DNA of 64,000 bases from Alphaproteobacteria bacterium. Lineage in GTDB: Bacteria; Pseudomonadota; Alphaproteobacteria; SHVV01. The stretch lies in NCBI GenBank assembly GCA_965261735.1, contig OZ253470.1:96001-160000 (forward strand), read 5' to 3'. The first letter of the stretch is position 1. Every line of letters begins with the position of its first letter. Below, in pieces: positions 10,036 to 19,548 of this stretch. The notes below the pieces were generated by a model. The model searched no databases, was not told where the DNA came from, and saw nothing but the letters and a program-made list of their open reading frames with translations. The translations under genes and the position numbers were made by a program.

Positions 10036-11140
10036 CTTGCCTATCCGGTTAACGCCCATGACCGCTACATGTAGGGTGCCGCCACTCTCCCGAGTAAAGC
10101 TCGGCATAAGTTGGAGCAGAGGTGTCGCCCGCGATGCCGAGCAATGAGCGGAAGGCGTTGAACGGGTAGAACCGCCTGTTGAAGCGGAAGGTGAACTCGT
10201 TGAGGTAGGCTTGTAGGTGCTGGTGGCTAACGCCGTGGTGGATACCGATCAGCCACGTCTTCAGGTTGGCGAAAACCAGATGGATGATCGGCAGGTATTG
10301 CTCGGCAACCTCTGGATCACCACACTCGGCAACAGCGAAGTGCTCATAGCCGCGCTTACCGAGGCCAGCGTAGCCGCTCCAATCGTCAGTAACGATCAGC
10401 GATCCCGGCGCGACGGTGCTCTCGACGAACCCACAGAGCGACTCGGCGCTACGGTCGAGCACGACGGCGAGCCGAACGCGTCCGGCATAGCGTCCGTCTT
10501 TCCGGTTGTCGAGCTTGGTGCCCGGCTTTCGATGACGCACCTCGATGGCACAGGAGACGGGAACCTTGTGGTGAACGCCACGGCCTTCCTTACGCGTTCG
10601 CCCGCCAACCCAGGTTTCGTCCACCTCAACATGGTTCTTGGGCTGTCCACCGATCCTGTCTTGGTTGGGCCGCACCATGCCCGAGCGGAGCTTGTGGAGA
10701 ATTTGAAAGGCCGTCTCGTAGCGCGAAAGACCAAGTTGCCGCTGAAACTGCACGGCGGACATGCCGGGCGTCTGACTGGCGACCAGATAAGCGGCCCAGA
10801 ACCAGACGTTCAGCGGAGTGTGGCTACGCTCCATCACTGTTCCCACCGTCAGCCCGGTGTTCTGGCGGCACTTGCGGCAGCGCAGGACGCCAGGGCGGTT
10901 TTCAAAGTGGAACGGCTCTCCCGCCGTGCCGCAGTGCGGGCAGGCAAAGCCGTCTCCCCAGCGGGCTTTCTCCAGGTAGGCGGCGCAGGCCGCATCATCG
11001 GGGAAAAGTCGCTGGAACTCGGGTAGCGAATGCGGGAATGGGAGATCGGCGCGGTCGAGAACATCCATGGCGCGCTCCCCTATATCCGGTTTGCGCCTAT
11101 TCTAGCCCTAGTGGGTGTGGGTGTAAACCGGATAGGCAAG
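10036..11140 (-). mobile_element. IS1595-family element (ISSod11-group ends), intact copy 1
   Basis: 23-bp TIRs CTTGCCTATCCGGTT(T/A)AC(A/G)CCCA; 8-bp target duplication GATTATTC (10028-10035) / GAATATTC (11141-11148) with one mismatch. Confidence 0.93.
10049..11068 (-). CDS. IS1595-family DDE transposase
   Basis: Zinc ribbon CPHC..CRKC, HTH region, VEVDET, VTDDW and YLNEFTFRFNRR catalytic motifs. Confidence 0.95.
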   Translation of the reverse strand: MDVLDRADLPFPHSLPEFQRLFPDDAACAAYLEKARWGDGFACPHCGTAGEPFHFENRPGVLRCRKCRQNTGLTVGTVMERSHTPLNVWFWAAYLVASQTPGMSAVQFQRQLGLSRYETAFQILHKLRSGMVRPNQDRIGGQPKNHVEVDETWVGGRTRKEGRGVHHKVPVSCAIEVRHRKPGTKLDNRKDGRYAGRVRLAVVLDRSAESLCGFVESTVAPGSLIVTDDWSGYAGLGKRGYEHFAVAECGDPEVAEQYLPIIHLVFANLKTWLIGIHHGVSHQHLQAYLNEFTFRFNRRFYPFNAFRSLLGIAGDTSAPTYAELYSGEWRHPTCSGHGR

Positions 11141-11202
11141 GAATATTCTTAGCGTGCGGTCCCGAAAGGGGCGGCCACACCCGGCCCTACCGCCGACTAC
11201 CC

Positions 11203-11454
11203 TTAAGACGCGGTGTTCTTGCCGGTGCTCTCGTCGGGCGCCGCAGCCCCCGTCGCGGCCTTTTCGTCATCCACGGACTGGCTCGCTGCGCCCTCGACCT
11301 GCTTGTCGTCCTCGGACATGCCCTTCTTGAAGCCCTTGATGCCCTGGGCAAGCTCGCTCATCATTCCCGAGATCTTGCCCCTCTTGCCAAGGCCGCCAAA
11401 CAGAACCAGGATGAGAACGACGACGATGATGATTTGCCAAAAACTCGGCGCCAT
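11203..11454 (-). CDS. tatA: Tat translocase subunit TatA
   Basis: MAPSFWQIIIVVVLILVLFGG...GIKGFKKGM. Confidence 0.93.
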   Translation of the reverse strand: MAPSFWQIIIVVVLILVLFGGLGKRGKISGMMSELAQGIKGFKKGMSEDDKQVEGAASQSVDDEKAATGAAAPDESTGKNTAS

Positions 11455-11545
11455 CGGCTGAATCCCCTGCAAACTCTAACCCCACTTGCGGGCGCCCGAT
11501 GATGGCAGAAATCAGGGGTAGGCGCAACGCGCCGCGGCGCACGAG

Positions 11546-12679
11546 CTAGCGCGAGCCTAGCGCGCGGGCCGGAAAGACAAAGGCGAGCGAGCAGTCGAGG
11601 TGCGCGCGCAGGATGGCGCCCGGGGCGGGTAGGACCTTTCCCGGAACCCGGGCGACGAGGATGGCATCCTCGCGCGGCGCGACAAACAGCTGCACGATAC
11701 TGTAGGGCCCCATATGGCGCGCGGCGACGACGGTCGCATCGACATCGCGCGAAGCATTGGGGCACGCCGCGTGGGCACCGGTGCTGAGATTGAGGTGCAG
11801 CGCCTCGGAGCGGATCAGGACATCGACCGCGCTGCCATCGGCAACGCCGCTCGCAGGCAGCCGGGCGAACGGGGTCTCGACGTGCCCGTCTTGGACCACC
11901 CCCGGCAGCGCCGTCAGCTCACCGAAGAACGTCGCGACGTAGGCCGTCGCCGGATGGTTGTAGATGTCGCTAGCGGTGGCGGTCTGCAGGATACGACCCT
12001 CATGCATGACGGCTATGCGGTCCCCCATCCGCATGGCCTCGTGGGGATCGTGCGTGACCAGGACGGTGGGGGTGCCAGCGCGGCGGAGCACGCCAAGCGT
12101 GTCCTCCCAGACCTCTTTCCGCAGCCGAAAATCGAGGTTGGAGAATGGCTCGTCCATGAGCATGACGCCGGGCTTGGGGGCTAGCGCGCGGGCCAGGGCG
12201 ACTCGCTGCTGCTGTCCTCCGGAGAGCGTGTGCGGGTAGGCCTCGGCGAAATCGGCCATCCTCACCTGCGCCAATGTCGCGCGCGCGGTGGCGCGGCGCT
12301 CCTCAGCGCCAGCCCCACTCACCCCGAAGCAAACATTGTCGATAACGGAGAGATGCGGGAACAGCGCATACTCCTGGAACATGAAGCCCACGCCCCTTCG
12401 CTCCGGCGGCACCGCCTGCCCAGGCGTCGCGACCACGCGCTCGTCGATCAGGACCCGACCATCCTGCAGTGGCTCCAGGCCGGCCGCGACGCGTAGCGTG
12501 GTGCTCTTGCCGCTGCCGGAAGGGCCGACTAGACACAGGATCTCGCCCCGTTCGACGGCGAAGCTTACGGCATCGACGACGCGGACCCCGGCGTACGCGT
12601 GGCTGATCGACTCCAGCCTGATGCCGGGCGACGAAGAAGACCCGGGCGAGCGCTCCGGAGGATCGGGAAGCGGGGCCAT
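11546..12679 (-). CDS. Fe3+ ABC transporter ATP-binding subunit (FbpC-like)
   Basis: [32 protein letters not shown]-terminal TOBE-like region. Confidence 0.9.
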   Translation of the reverse strand: MAPLPDPPERSPGSSSSPGIRLESISHAYAGVRVVDAVSFAVERGEILCLVGPSGSGKSTTLRVAAGLEPLQDGRVLIDERVVATPGQAVPPERRGVGFMFQEYALFPHLSVIDNVCFGVSGAGAEERRATARATLAQVRMADFAEAYPHTLSGGQQQRVALARALAPKPGVMLMDEPFSNLDFRLRKEVWEDTLGVLRRAGTPTVLVTHDPHEAMRMGDRIAVMHEGRILQTATASDIYNHPATAYVATFFGELTALPGVVQDGHVETPFARLPASGVADGSAVDVLIRSEALHLNLSTGAHAACPNASRDVDATVVAARHMGPYSIVQLFVAPREDAILVARVPGKVLPAPGAILRAHLDCSLAFVFPARALGSR

Positions 12680-12686
12680 GACGGTA

Positions 12687-14390
12687 TTAGCGAGCTCGCA
12701 GTGGAGCGACCGCGCCCGGCCGCGAGCGGCTGATAGCTCGGCTGAGGAGGATCACCGGCACAATACCCGCGGCCACGATCGTCAGGGCAGCCAGCGCAGA
12801 GCGCTCGAGCTGCTCGTCGCCGGCGAACTGGTACACGTGGGTCGCGAGGGTATCAAAATCGAAGGGCCGGAGAATAAGCGTCATCGGCAACTCTTTCATG
12901 ACGTCGACGAAGACGAGCAGCGCCGCCGCCAAAGCGCTGCCGCGGACCAGCGGCAGATGGACGCGACGCAGCATCTTGCCCCGGGTGGCACCGAGGGTGC
13001 GCGCCGCGTGATCCATCGACAGCGAGACCTTGGCGAAGCTAGCCTCAATGCTGCCGAACGAGACGGCGAGGAAGCGGACGACGTAGGCATAGGTCGCGGC
13101 GATCACCGTACCGCTTAGCAGGAGCCCCGTCGATATCCCGAAAGAGGTGCGCATGAGGCCGTCCACGGTGTTGTCGAGCCAGCCGAAAGGAATGAGGATG
13201 CCTATGGCCAGGACCGCGCCCGGAACCGCATAGCCGACGCTCGCGAAGCGGGTTAGCGCGCGCGTCACGGGGCCGCCGCCGAGCCTGATGGCGTAGGCGA
13301 GAAACACCGATGCGATCACCGCGAGCACCGACGCCGCCGCGGCCAGCGCCAAGCTGTTGAAAACATAGCCGGCATAGGCGGCGTCGAAGGACTCGCTCGC
13401 ATAGCCGACGGCGTAGCCGGCGAGAACCGCACCGGGCGCGATGAAACCGAGCAGCACGGGCAACAGGCAGGCGGCGAGCGCGACTGCGGCGCGCGGGCGC
13501 GTTAGTTCGTACTCGGGCAGCTCGCGGTAGACGGCAAAGGTGTGGCGATACCGCTGGCGTCCGCGCGAGGCCCGCTCCAACACGATGAGGACGAGGACGA
13601 CGAGCAGCAACAGCGAGGCGATCTGTGCCGCCCCCGAGACATTGTTCATGCCGAACCAGACGTTGAAGATGCCCCGCGTGAACGTCGAGACGGCGAAGTA
13701 GTCGACGGTTCCGAAGTCGTTGAGGGTTTCCATCAGCGCCAGGGCGAGGCCGACCGCGATGGAGGGCCGCGCCAGTGGCAGCGCCACGGACCAGAAGGTG
13801 CGCCAAGGCCCGCGGCCCAGCGTACGGCTCACCTCGAGGACGGCGATTGACTGCTCGACGAACGCGCTTCGGGCGAGCACGTAGACATAGGGGTAGAACA
13901 CCAGCGTGAACATGGCGATGGCGCCACCCATCGTGCGAATGTCGGGAAACCAGTAGTCGCGCGCGCTGCTCCACCCGAAGAGGTCGCGCAACAGTCCCTG
14001 GACCGGGCCGGAGAACTCGAGAAGATCGGTGTAGACGTAGGCGATGACGTACGCCGGCATGGCGATCGGTAGAATCAGTGCCCACTCGAGCGTGCGGCGA
14101 TAGGGAAAGCGGCACATGGTCACGAGCCACGCCGTGCCGATGCCGACCGCCAGCACGCCAACCGCTACACCGGCCATGAGCACGAAGGTGTTGAGCGCAT
14201 AGGTCGGGAGGACCGTCGCCGCCAGGTGCGGCCAGATGTTGTCCGCGGGGCGCAGCGCAACGACGATCACGGTGATCAACGGCACCGCGATCACCCCGGC
14301 GACCAGCAGGGTTCCGATAACCCAGCCATCGGGACGCCAGCGCGCCAATGGGGCCCCGCGCCCCGACAGCCCGCGGGCCATTACCGACAT
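12687..14390 (-). CDS. Fe3+ ABC transporter permease (FbpB-like)
   Basis: Duplicated permease halves, [34 protein letters not shown]. Confidence 0.92.
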   Translation of the reverse strand: MSVMARGLSGRGAPLARWRPDGWVIGTLLVAGVIAVPLITVIVVALRPADNIWPHLAATVLPTYALNTFVLMAGVAVGVLAVGIGTAWLVTMCRFPYRRTLEWALILPIAMPAYVIAYVYTDLLEFSGPVQGLLRDLFGWSSARDYWFPDIRTMGGAIAMFTLVFYPYVYVLARSAFVEQSIAVLEVSRTLGRGPWRTFWSVALPLARPSIAVGLALALMETLNDFGTVDYFAVSTFTRGIFNVWFGMNNVSGAAQIASLLLLVVLVLIVLERASRGRQRYRHTFAVYRELPEYELTRPRAAVALAACLLPVLLGFIAPGAVLAGYAVGYASESFDAAYAGYVFNSLALAAAASVLAVIASVFLAYAIRLGGGPVTRALTRFASVGYAVPGAVLAIGILIPFGWLDNTVDGLMRTSFGISTGLLLSGTVIAATYAYVVRFLAVSFGSIEASFAKVSLSMDHAARTLGATRGKMLRRVHLPLVRGSALAAALLVFVDVMKELPMTLILRPFDFDTLATHVYQFAGDEQLERSALAALTIVAAGIVPVILLSRAISRSRPGAVAPLRAR

Positions 14391-14405
14391 GGCAGACAGG
14401 CGGCG

Positions 14406-15446
14406 CTAGTTGTCGTAGCCGACTTCGTCGACGATGCGCACCGCCGCCGGCCTGAAATCGGCGATCGACCCGAGGTTTACGGTGTCGGCCTTGAAACGGC
14501 CCCACGACTCGACCTCCGGATCCCACGCCACGCCGGGCTTGACCGGATACTCAAGATTCTGGCGCGCATAGAGGCGCTGCGCCGCCTCAGAGCTGAGAAA
14601 CTCCATGAACCGCAGCGCGATCTCCGGACTCTTGGCGCTTTTCGTCATGCCGACACCACTGATGTTGACGTGGGTGCCGCGATCGTTCTGGTTGGGAAAG
14701 AGGATGGCGACGGCTTCGGCCCACGCCTTCTGTTTCGGATCGCGGCGCATCTGGCCCATGTAGTAGGTGTTGCCGAGCGCAACATCGCAGACGCCCTCCT
14801 TGATCGCCTTGACCTGCGCCCGATCGTTGCCCTGCGGCTTGCGCGCGAGATTGGCCTTCACCCCGGCGAGCCACGCCGCCGCGGACTCCTCGCCCTCGTG
14901 GGCGATGATCGATGCGAGCAGGCCGAGCTGGTAGTCGTGGTAGCCCGAACGCGTGCACACGCGGCCCTTCCACTGCGGCAGGGCCAAGTCCTCGTAGCTC
15001 GAAATCTCACCCGGCGCGACCCGGTCCTTGGCGTAATAGATCACCCGCGCGCGCGTCGTGAGGCCGTACCACAGGCCGTCGGGGCCGCGGTATTGGGGCG
15101 GGATATTGGCGGATAGCGCACCCGATGTGACCGGCCGCAGGAGGCCGGCCTCGGCAAGCGCGGACAGGCGCGCAATATCGACCGTCATGACGAGATCGGC
15201 GGGACTGTTGTCGCCTTCGGCCTTGAGCCGTTCGAGAATGCCCTTGCTGATGTAGACGATCCTGATGTCCGTTCCCGTCTCGTCCTCGAACTTGGCGATA
15301 AACGGCTCGGTGAGAAACGCCTGGCGGTAGGAATAGATGTTGAGCTCGGCGGCCAGCGCCGAACTCGCTGTACCAAGTCCAAAATCCGACGCTGACATCA
15401 CCACCATCGCGGCCAATGACAGGCGCATAGCTCCTTTCGTTAACAT
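14406..15446 (-). CDS. Fe3+ ABC transporter substrate-binding protein (FbpA/FutA-like)
   Basis: Signal peptide, LNIYSYRQ, SPADL, GNDRAQVKAI, NTYY iron-binding tyrosines; start at 15446 or 15428. Confidence 0.92.
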   Translation of the reverse strand: MLTKGAMRLSLAAMVVMSASDFGLGTASSALAAELNIYSYRQAFLTEPFIAKFEDETGTDIRIVYISKGILERLKAEGDNSPADLVMTVDIARLSALAEAGLLRPVTSGALSANIPPQYRGPDGLWYGLTTRARVIYYAKDRVAPGEISSYEDLALPQWKGRVCTRSGYHDYQLGLLASIIAHEGEESAAAWLAGVKANLARKPQGNDRAQVKAIKEGVCDVALGNTYYMGQMRRDPKQKAWAEAVAILFPNQNDRGTHVNISGVGMTKSAKSPEIALRFMEFLSSEAAQRLYARQNLEYPVKPGVAWDPEVESWGRFKADTVNLGSIADFRPAAVRIVDEVGYDN

Positions 15447-15533
15447 GACACCTCTTCCTCCCCCGCCGGGCCGCCCTCGATCTCCACTGGGCCGACCGCA
15501 ATTCCAGCTTTCTGGGTCCGTCAAAGACCTGAG

Positions 15534-15594
15534 AATGCGCATTATTCGCAAGCGCGCACTCCCCTACCGTATCTGCAACTGATAGTCAATCGCA
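15534..15594. promoter_or_regulatory. Two Fur-like iron boxes upstream of the fbpA-like gene
   Basis: 7-1-7 inverted repeat TGCGAAT-A-ATGCGCA (minus strand, within 15534-15551) and TGCAACTGATAGTCAATCGCA (about 15574-15594); AT-rich and upstream of an iron transporter. Confidence 0.6.
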
Positions 15595-16698
15595 GATTGC
15601 CCAACCACCTTAGGGCGGCGAAGGGCGGCTACCCTTCTCTTCTTGCATGCTTGCCTATCCGGTTTACACCCACACCCACTAGGGCTAGAATAGGCGCAAA
15701 CCGGATATAGGGGAGCGCGCCATGGATGTTCTCGACCGCGCCGATCTCCCATTCCCGCATTCGCTACCCGAGTTCCAGCGACTTTTCCCCGATGATGCGG
15801 CCTGCGCCGCCTACCTGGAGAAAGCCCGCTGGGGAGACGGCTTTGCCTGCCCGCACTGCGGCACGGCGGGAGAGCCGTTCCACTTTGAAAACCGCCCTGG
15901 CGTCCTGCGCTGCCGCAAGTGCCGCCAGAACACCGGGCTGACGGTGGGAACAGTGATGGAGCGTAGCCACACTCCGCTGAACGTCTGGTTCTGGGCCGCT
16001 TATCTGGTCGCCAGTCAGACGCCCGGCATGTCCGCCGTGCAGTTTCAGCGGCAACTTGGTCTTTCGCGCTACGAGACGGCCTTTCAAATTCTCCACAAGC
16101 TCCGCTCGGGCATGGTGCGGCCCAACCAAGACAGGATCGGTGGACAGCCCAAGAACCATGTTGAGGTGGACGAAACCTGGGTTGGCGGGCGAACGCGTGG
16201 GGAAGGCCGTGGTGTTCACCACAAGGTTCCCGTCTCCTGTGCCATCGAGGTGCGTCATCGAAAGCCGGGCACCAAGCTCGACAACCGGAAAGACGGACGC
16301 TATGCCGGACGCGTTCGGCTCGCCGTCGTGCTCGACCGTAGCGCCGAGTCGCTCTGTGGGTTCGTCGAGAGCACCGTCGCGCCGCGATCGCTGATCGTTA
16401 CTGACGATTGGAGCGGCTATGCTGGCCTCGGGAAGCGCGGCTATGAGCACTTCGCTGTTGCCGAGTGTGGTGATCCAGAGGTTGCCGAGCAATACCTGCC
16501 GATCATCCATCTGGTTTTCGCCAACCTGAAGACGTGGCTGATCGGTATCCACCACGGCGTTAGCCACCAGCACCTACAAGCCTACCTCAACGAGTTCACC
16601 TTCCGCTTCAACAGGCGGTTCTACCCGTTCAATGAGGTGGCCCCGGAAAATCGGACAGGTTTTTAAGGTGTATTCCGCCGACTGAGGAGGGATACGCG

Positions 16699-16980
16699 AT
16701 GAGTAAGAGACGCAGGTTTTCCGGGGAGCTGAAGGCGAAGATCGCGCTTGAGGCGCTTCGTGGCGACCGGACGCTTCAGGAGATCGCCTCGCAGCACCAG
16801 GTTCATCCGAACCAAGTGAGCACATGGAAGCGGCAGGCGATCGATGGTCTTGGCGAAGTGTTTTCGAACGGGGGCGAGCGCCGCCGTCGGGACCATGAGA
16901 GCGAGATCCGTGATCTTCACGCGAAGATCGGCGAGTTGACGGTGGAGCGGGATTTTTTGTCTCGAGGGTCCGGTCGATGA
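16699..16980 (+). CDS. IS3-family transposase OrfA (HTH)
   Basis: RRRFSGELKAKIALEAL...VHPNQVSTWK...LTVERDFL; strong SD GAGGAGG. Confidence 0.93.
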   Translation: MSKRRRFSGELKAKIALEALRGDRTLQEIASQHQVHPNQVSTWKRQAIDGLGEVFSNGGERRRRDHESEIRDLHAKIGELTVERDFLSRGSGR

Positions 16981-17912
16981 GCCGGGCCGAGAGGCGAACG
17001 ATGGTGATACGCGCTCACCCGGCGCTGAGCTTGAGCCGTCAATGCCGTTTGCTGTCGATCGGACGCTCCTCGCTCTATTACACGCCCAAGGGCGAGAGCC
17101 CGGAGACCCTGGCGCTGATGCGGCGCATTGATGAGTTGTTCCTGAAGTATCCGTTCTACGGCGCCCGTCAGATGGTCCGTCATCTACGCCGCGAGGGCGT
17201 GCGCGTCGGTCGTCGCCGGGCCGGTCGTCTGATGCGCCTGATGGGGCTTCAGGCGATCTATCGGGCGCCGCGCACCAGCGATCCGCATCCCGAGCACCGG
17301 GTCTACCCCTATCTGCTCAGAGGCTTGACGATCGAGCGGGCGAACCATGTCTGGTGCGCCGACATCACCTACATCCCGGTGCGGCGCGGCTTTCTTTACC
17401 TGGTGGCGATCATGGACTGGGCCAACCGGCATGTGCTGGCTTGGCGTCTGTCGAACACCCTGGATGCGGGCTTCTGCACAGACGCGCTCGACGAGGCGCT
17501 GGCCCGCCATGGCACGCCGGAGATCTTCAATACCGACCAGGGCAGCCAGTTCACCGGCTTCGCCTTCACCGGGCGCTTGCGGGAGACCGGCATCCGGATC
17601 TCGATGGACGGCAGGGGCCGGTGCCTGGACAACATCTTCATTGAGCGGCTGTGGCGCTCGCTCAAATACGAGGCCGTCTATCTGCGCGAGCTCGCCGACG
17701 GCTTCGAGGCCCGGCGCGTCATCGGCGAGTGGATCGACTTCTACAACACCGAGAGGCCGCACTCGGCGCTCGGGGGGGAAACGCCGGCCGAGGCCTACCG
17801 CGGCGCCCCGCCTGTGGATATGATGGACAAGCCGCTACGCGCCTTGCCCACATCCCCACAGGCGCAACAACAACGGCAAGGAGATCGATGCAAAGGGATT
17901 CTGGCGGCATGA
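16977..17912 (+). CDS. IS3-family transposase OrfB (DDE integrase core)
   Basis: WCADITY, FNTDQGSQF, DNIFIERLWRSLKYE; -1 frame relative to OrfA. Confidence 0.95.
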   Translation: MSRAERRTMVIRAHPALSLSRQCRLLSIGRSSLYYTPKGESPETLALMRRIDELFLKYPFYGARQMVRHLRREGVRVGRRRAGRLMRLMGLQAIYRAPRTSDPHPEHRVYPYLLRGLTIERANHVWCADITYIPVRRGFLYLVAIMDWANRHVLAWRLSNTLDAGFCTDALDEALARHGTPEIFNTDQGSQFTGFAFTGRLRETGIRISMDGRGRCLDNIFIERLWRSLKYEAVYLRELADGFEARRVIGEWIDFYNTERPHSALGGETPAEAYRGAPPVDMMDKPLRALPTSPQAQQQRQGDRCKGILAA

Positions 17913-18099
17913 ACGACAACTGGAATACACCTTAATCAAGCCGCCAAGCTGTCCGACAAACCGAGGCCACCTCACAACGCCTTCCGCTCATTGCTCGGCA
18001 TCGCGGGCGACACCTCTGCTCCAACCTATGCCGAGCTTTACTCGGGAGAGTGGCGGCACCCTACATGTAGCGGTCATGGGCGTTAACCGGATAGGCAAG

Positions 18100-18974
18100 G
18101 GCCGAACTGCAGCCGTCTTGGCTGCTTGAGAACGAGTCGCACAGGGACTTGAGGTCCAGCGGGACTTTGTCCTCTTTCGGCAGAAGCCATCCTTGCCACC
18201 TCTGATAATTACCTTCTGGCGTTCGCATGGGGTCTTTGACGTGCGTCTCTATCTGAGTCCCGTGCTTTTGATTAAAGTAGCGCACTATCGAGTCGTAGAT
18301 ACGCGTGACGTAGTCGACGCCCCCATGTTGGTCTAGATTTATCTCAATTCCGTGCAAGAGTTGATTCCTTATCCCACCGCCGTACCCAAAAATACTCCTG
18401 CAAAGCTCCTCGTCCTGTAGGACTTCGTTTGCGATGTAATCCCGATCGGTTGTAAGTCTCCCTTTCGGCAACGTCTTCTGGCCGGCGATCGCTTCTAGCG
18501 CTGATGCCAACATAGAAAAACGGCCAGAAAAAGTCGTAGAGTTTATGGCCTCCCGCATCCGATCGAAGACTTCATCACGTTTTTGATATTTATCGAGCGC
18601 CACGAGCGAGCTCATCTCTTCCTCGCCAAAGGCAAGGGGGGACACCGCGAGCCTGACGCGCCCAGCGAAAAAACAACACTCGATCGTCATTGCCTACTGC
18701 CTTGAGGATCGAGAAGGGCTCCATTTCGGCCGCTGCAAAGCAGCTGGCTCACAAAAGCCACCTTATCCACAACTGGGAATAGCTCGGTTCGAAATTCATT
18801 AATCGCTTGTTGAACGTCTGCCGCCTTTGCCGATCTTTTGGCAATCCACGCCTGACCAGTAGGGCCTTCGGCACCGGTGTGGTGCCACTGTCTGAACTTA
18901 AACCCCTCGTAATCAAAGGGTTCGTACAGCTCAGCGAGCGTTCCAATCCGGTGTTCAATCAGATACTCAGGCAT
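18100..18974 (-). pseudogene. Low-GC HEPN-like gene (about 290 aa reconstructed) with two frameshifts, 3' end truncated by IS1595
   Basis: ATG 18974 (MPEYLIEHRI...KVAFVSQ), shift near 18743 (CFAAAEMEPF...RWARQARGV), shift at G6 18636-18641 (PLAFGEEEM...SALEAI...IRNQLLHG); RxxxxH motif; GC about 52% in a sampled line, well below the flanks. Confidence 0.6.
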
Positions 18975-18976
18975 GC

Positions 18977-19177
18977 CTAATCGCGCTCTTCGAGCCAGGC
19001 TGTTTGGATGGCCTCGAGGATTTGTTCGTTGGAGTCGTTGGGCTGGCCGGTGAATTCGGGGAGCTCCAGGACCCATTTGTGGAGATCGGTGAAGCGTAGG
19101 TTCACGACGTCGACGTCGGAGTGGCGCTCTTCGAGCTCGATGGCGATCTCGTTGATATCGGTCCAAATCAGGGCCAT
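18977..19177 (-). CDS. iscX: Fe-S cluster assembly protein IscX
   Basis: WTDINEIAIEL...LRFTDLHKWVLEL...NEQILEAIQTAWLEE. Confidence 0.95.
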   Translation of the reverse strand: MALIWTDINEIAIELEERHSDVDVVNLRFTDLHKWVLELPEFTGQPNDSNEQILEAIQTAWLEERD

Positions 19178-19194
19178 GGCGTGCTCCGTTGGCG

Positions 19195-19533
19195 TTAGCG
19201 CCGATCCACCATCATGTTGCGGGTGGCGGACGGTAGGCGGACGGTGAGCCCGTCGAGCGCCTCGCTGATGATGATCTGGCAGCCGAGCCGAGAGGTGTGG
19301 GTGAGGCCGAACGCGAGGTCGAGCATGTCCTCCTCGTCCTCACTCGCCTCGCCGAGGCGATCGAAATAGTCGTTATCGACGATGACGTGACAGGTCGAAC
19401 ACGCGAGCGAACCCTCGCACGCACCTTCGAGGTCGATGTCGTTACGGTGCGCGATCTCCAACACCGACAGGCCGATCGGGGCCTCGACCTCGGCGCGGCT
19501 GCCGTCGGCGTTGATGAAGATCATTCGCGGCAT
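19195..19533 (-). CDS. fdx: 2Fe-2S ferredoxin (adrenodoxin type)
   Basis: [27 protein letters not shown]. Confidence 0.96.
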   Translation of the reverse strand: MPRMIFINADGSRAEVEAPIGLSVLEIAHRNDIDLEGACEGSLACSTCHVIVDNDYFDRLGEASEDEEDMLDLAFGLTHTSRLGCQIIISEALDGLTVRLPSATRNMMVDRR

Positions 19534-19548
19534 GCCCGCATCCCGCGC

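Larger units (their letters stand above)
16633..17974 (+). mobile_element. IS3-family insertion sequence, 1342 bp
   Basis: TG...CA ends; 26-bp imperfect TIRs TGAGGTGGCCCCGGAAAATCGGACAG / TGAGGTGGCCTCGGTTTGTCGGACAG; 3-bp target duplication CAA. Confidence 0.95.
15722..18086 (+). pseudogene. IS1595 transposase split by IS3 (15722-16632 plus 17978-18086)
   Basis: Matches copy 1 up to RFYPF(N); the remaining AFRSLLGIAGD...SGHGR sequence resumes after the IS3 right end. Confidence 0.92.
15650..18099 (+). mobile_element. IS1595-family element copy 2, interrupted by an IS3-family element
   Basis: Same TIRs as copy 1 and near-identical sequence in the opposite orientation; flanks CTTGCATG / GGCCGAAC do not form a target duplication. 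Confidence 0.93.

Noticed and set aside
10217-11026. 269-aa antisense ORF present in both IS1595 copies
   Set aside because: The copies are nearly identical, so its conservation is uninformative; it has no recognisable motifs.
10036-18099. Composite transposon or invertible segment carrying tatA and the Fe3+ transporter between two inverted IS1595 copies
   Set aside because: Copy 1 has its own TSD on both sides, the outer flanks do not match each other, and tatA is still co-oriented with tatBC. These are independent insertions, although a future inversion is possible.
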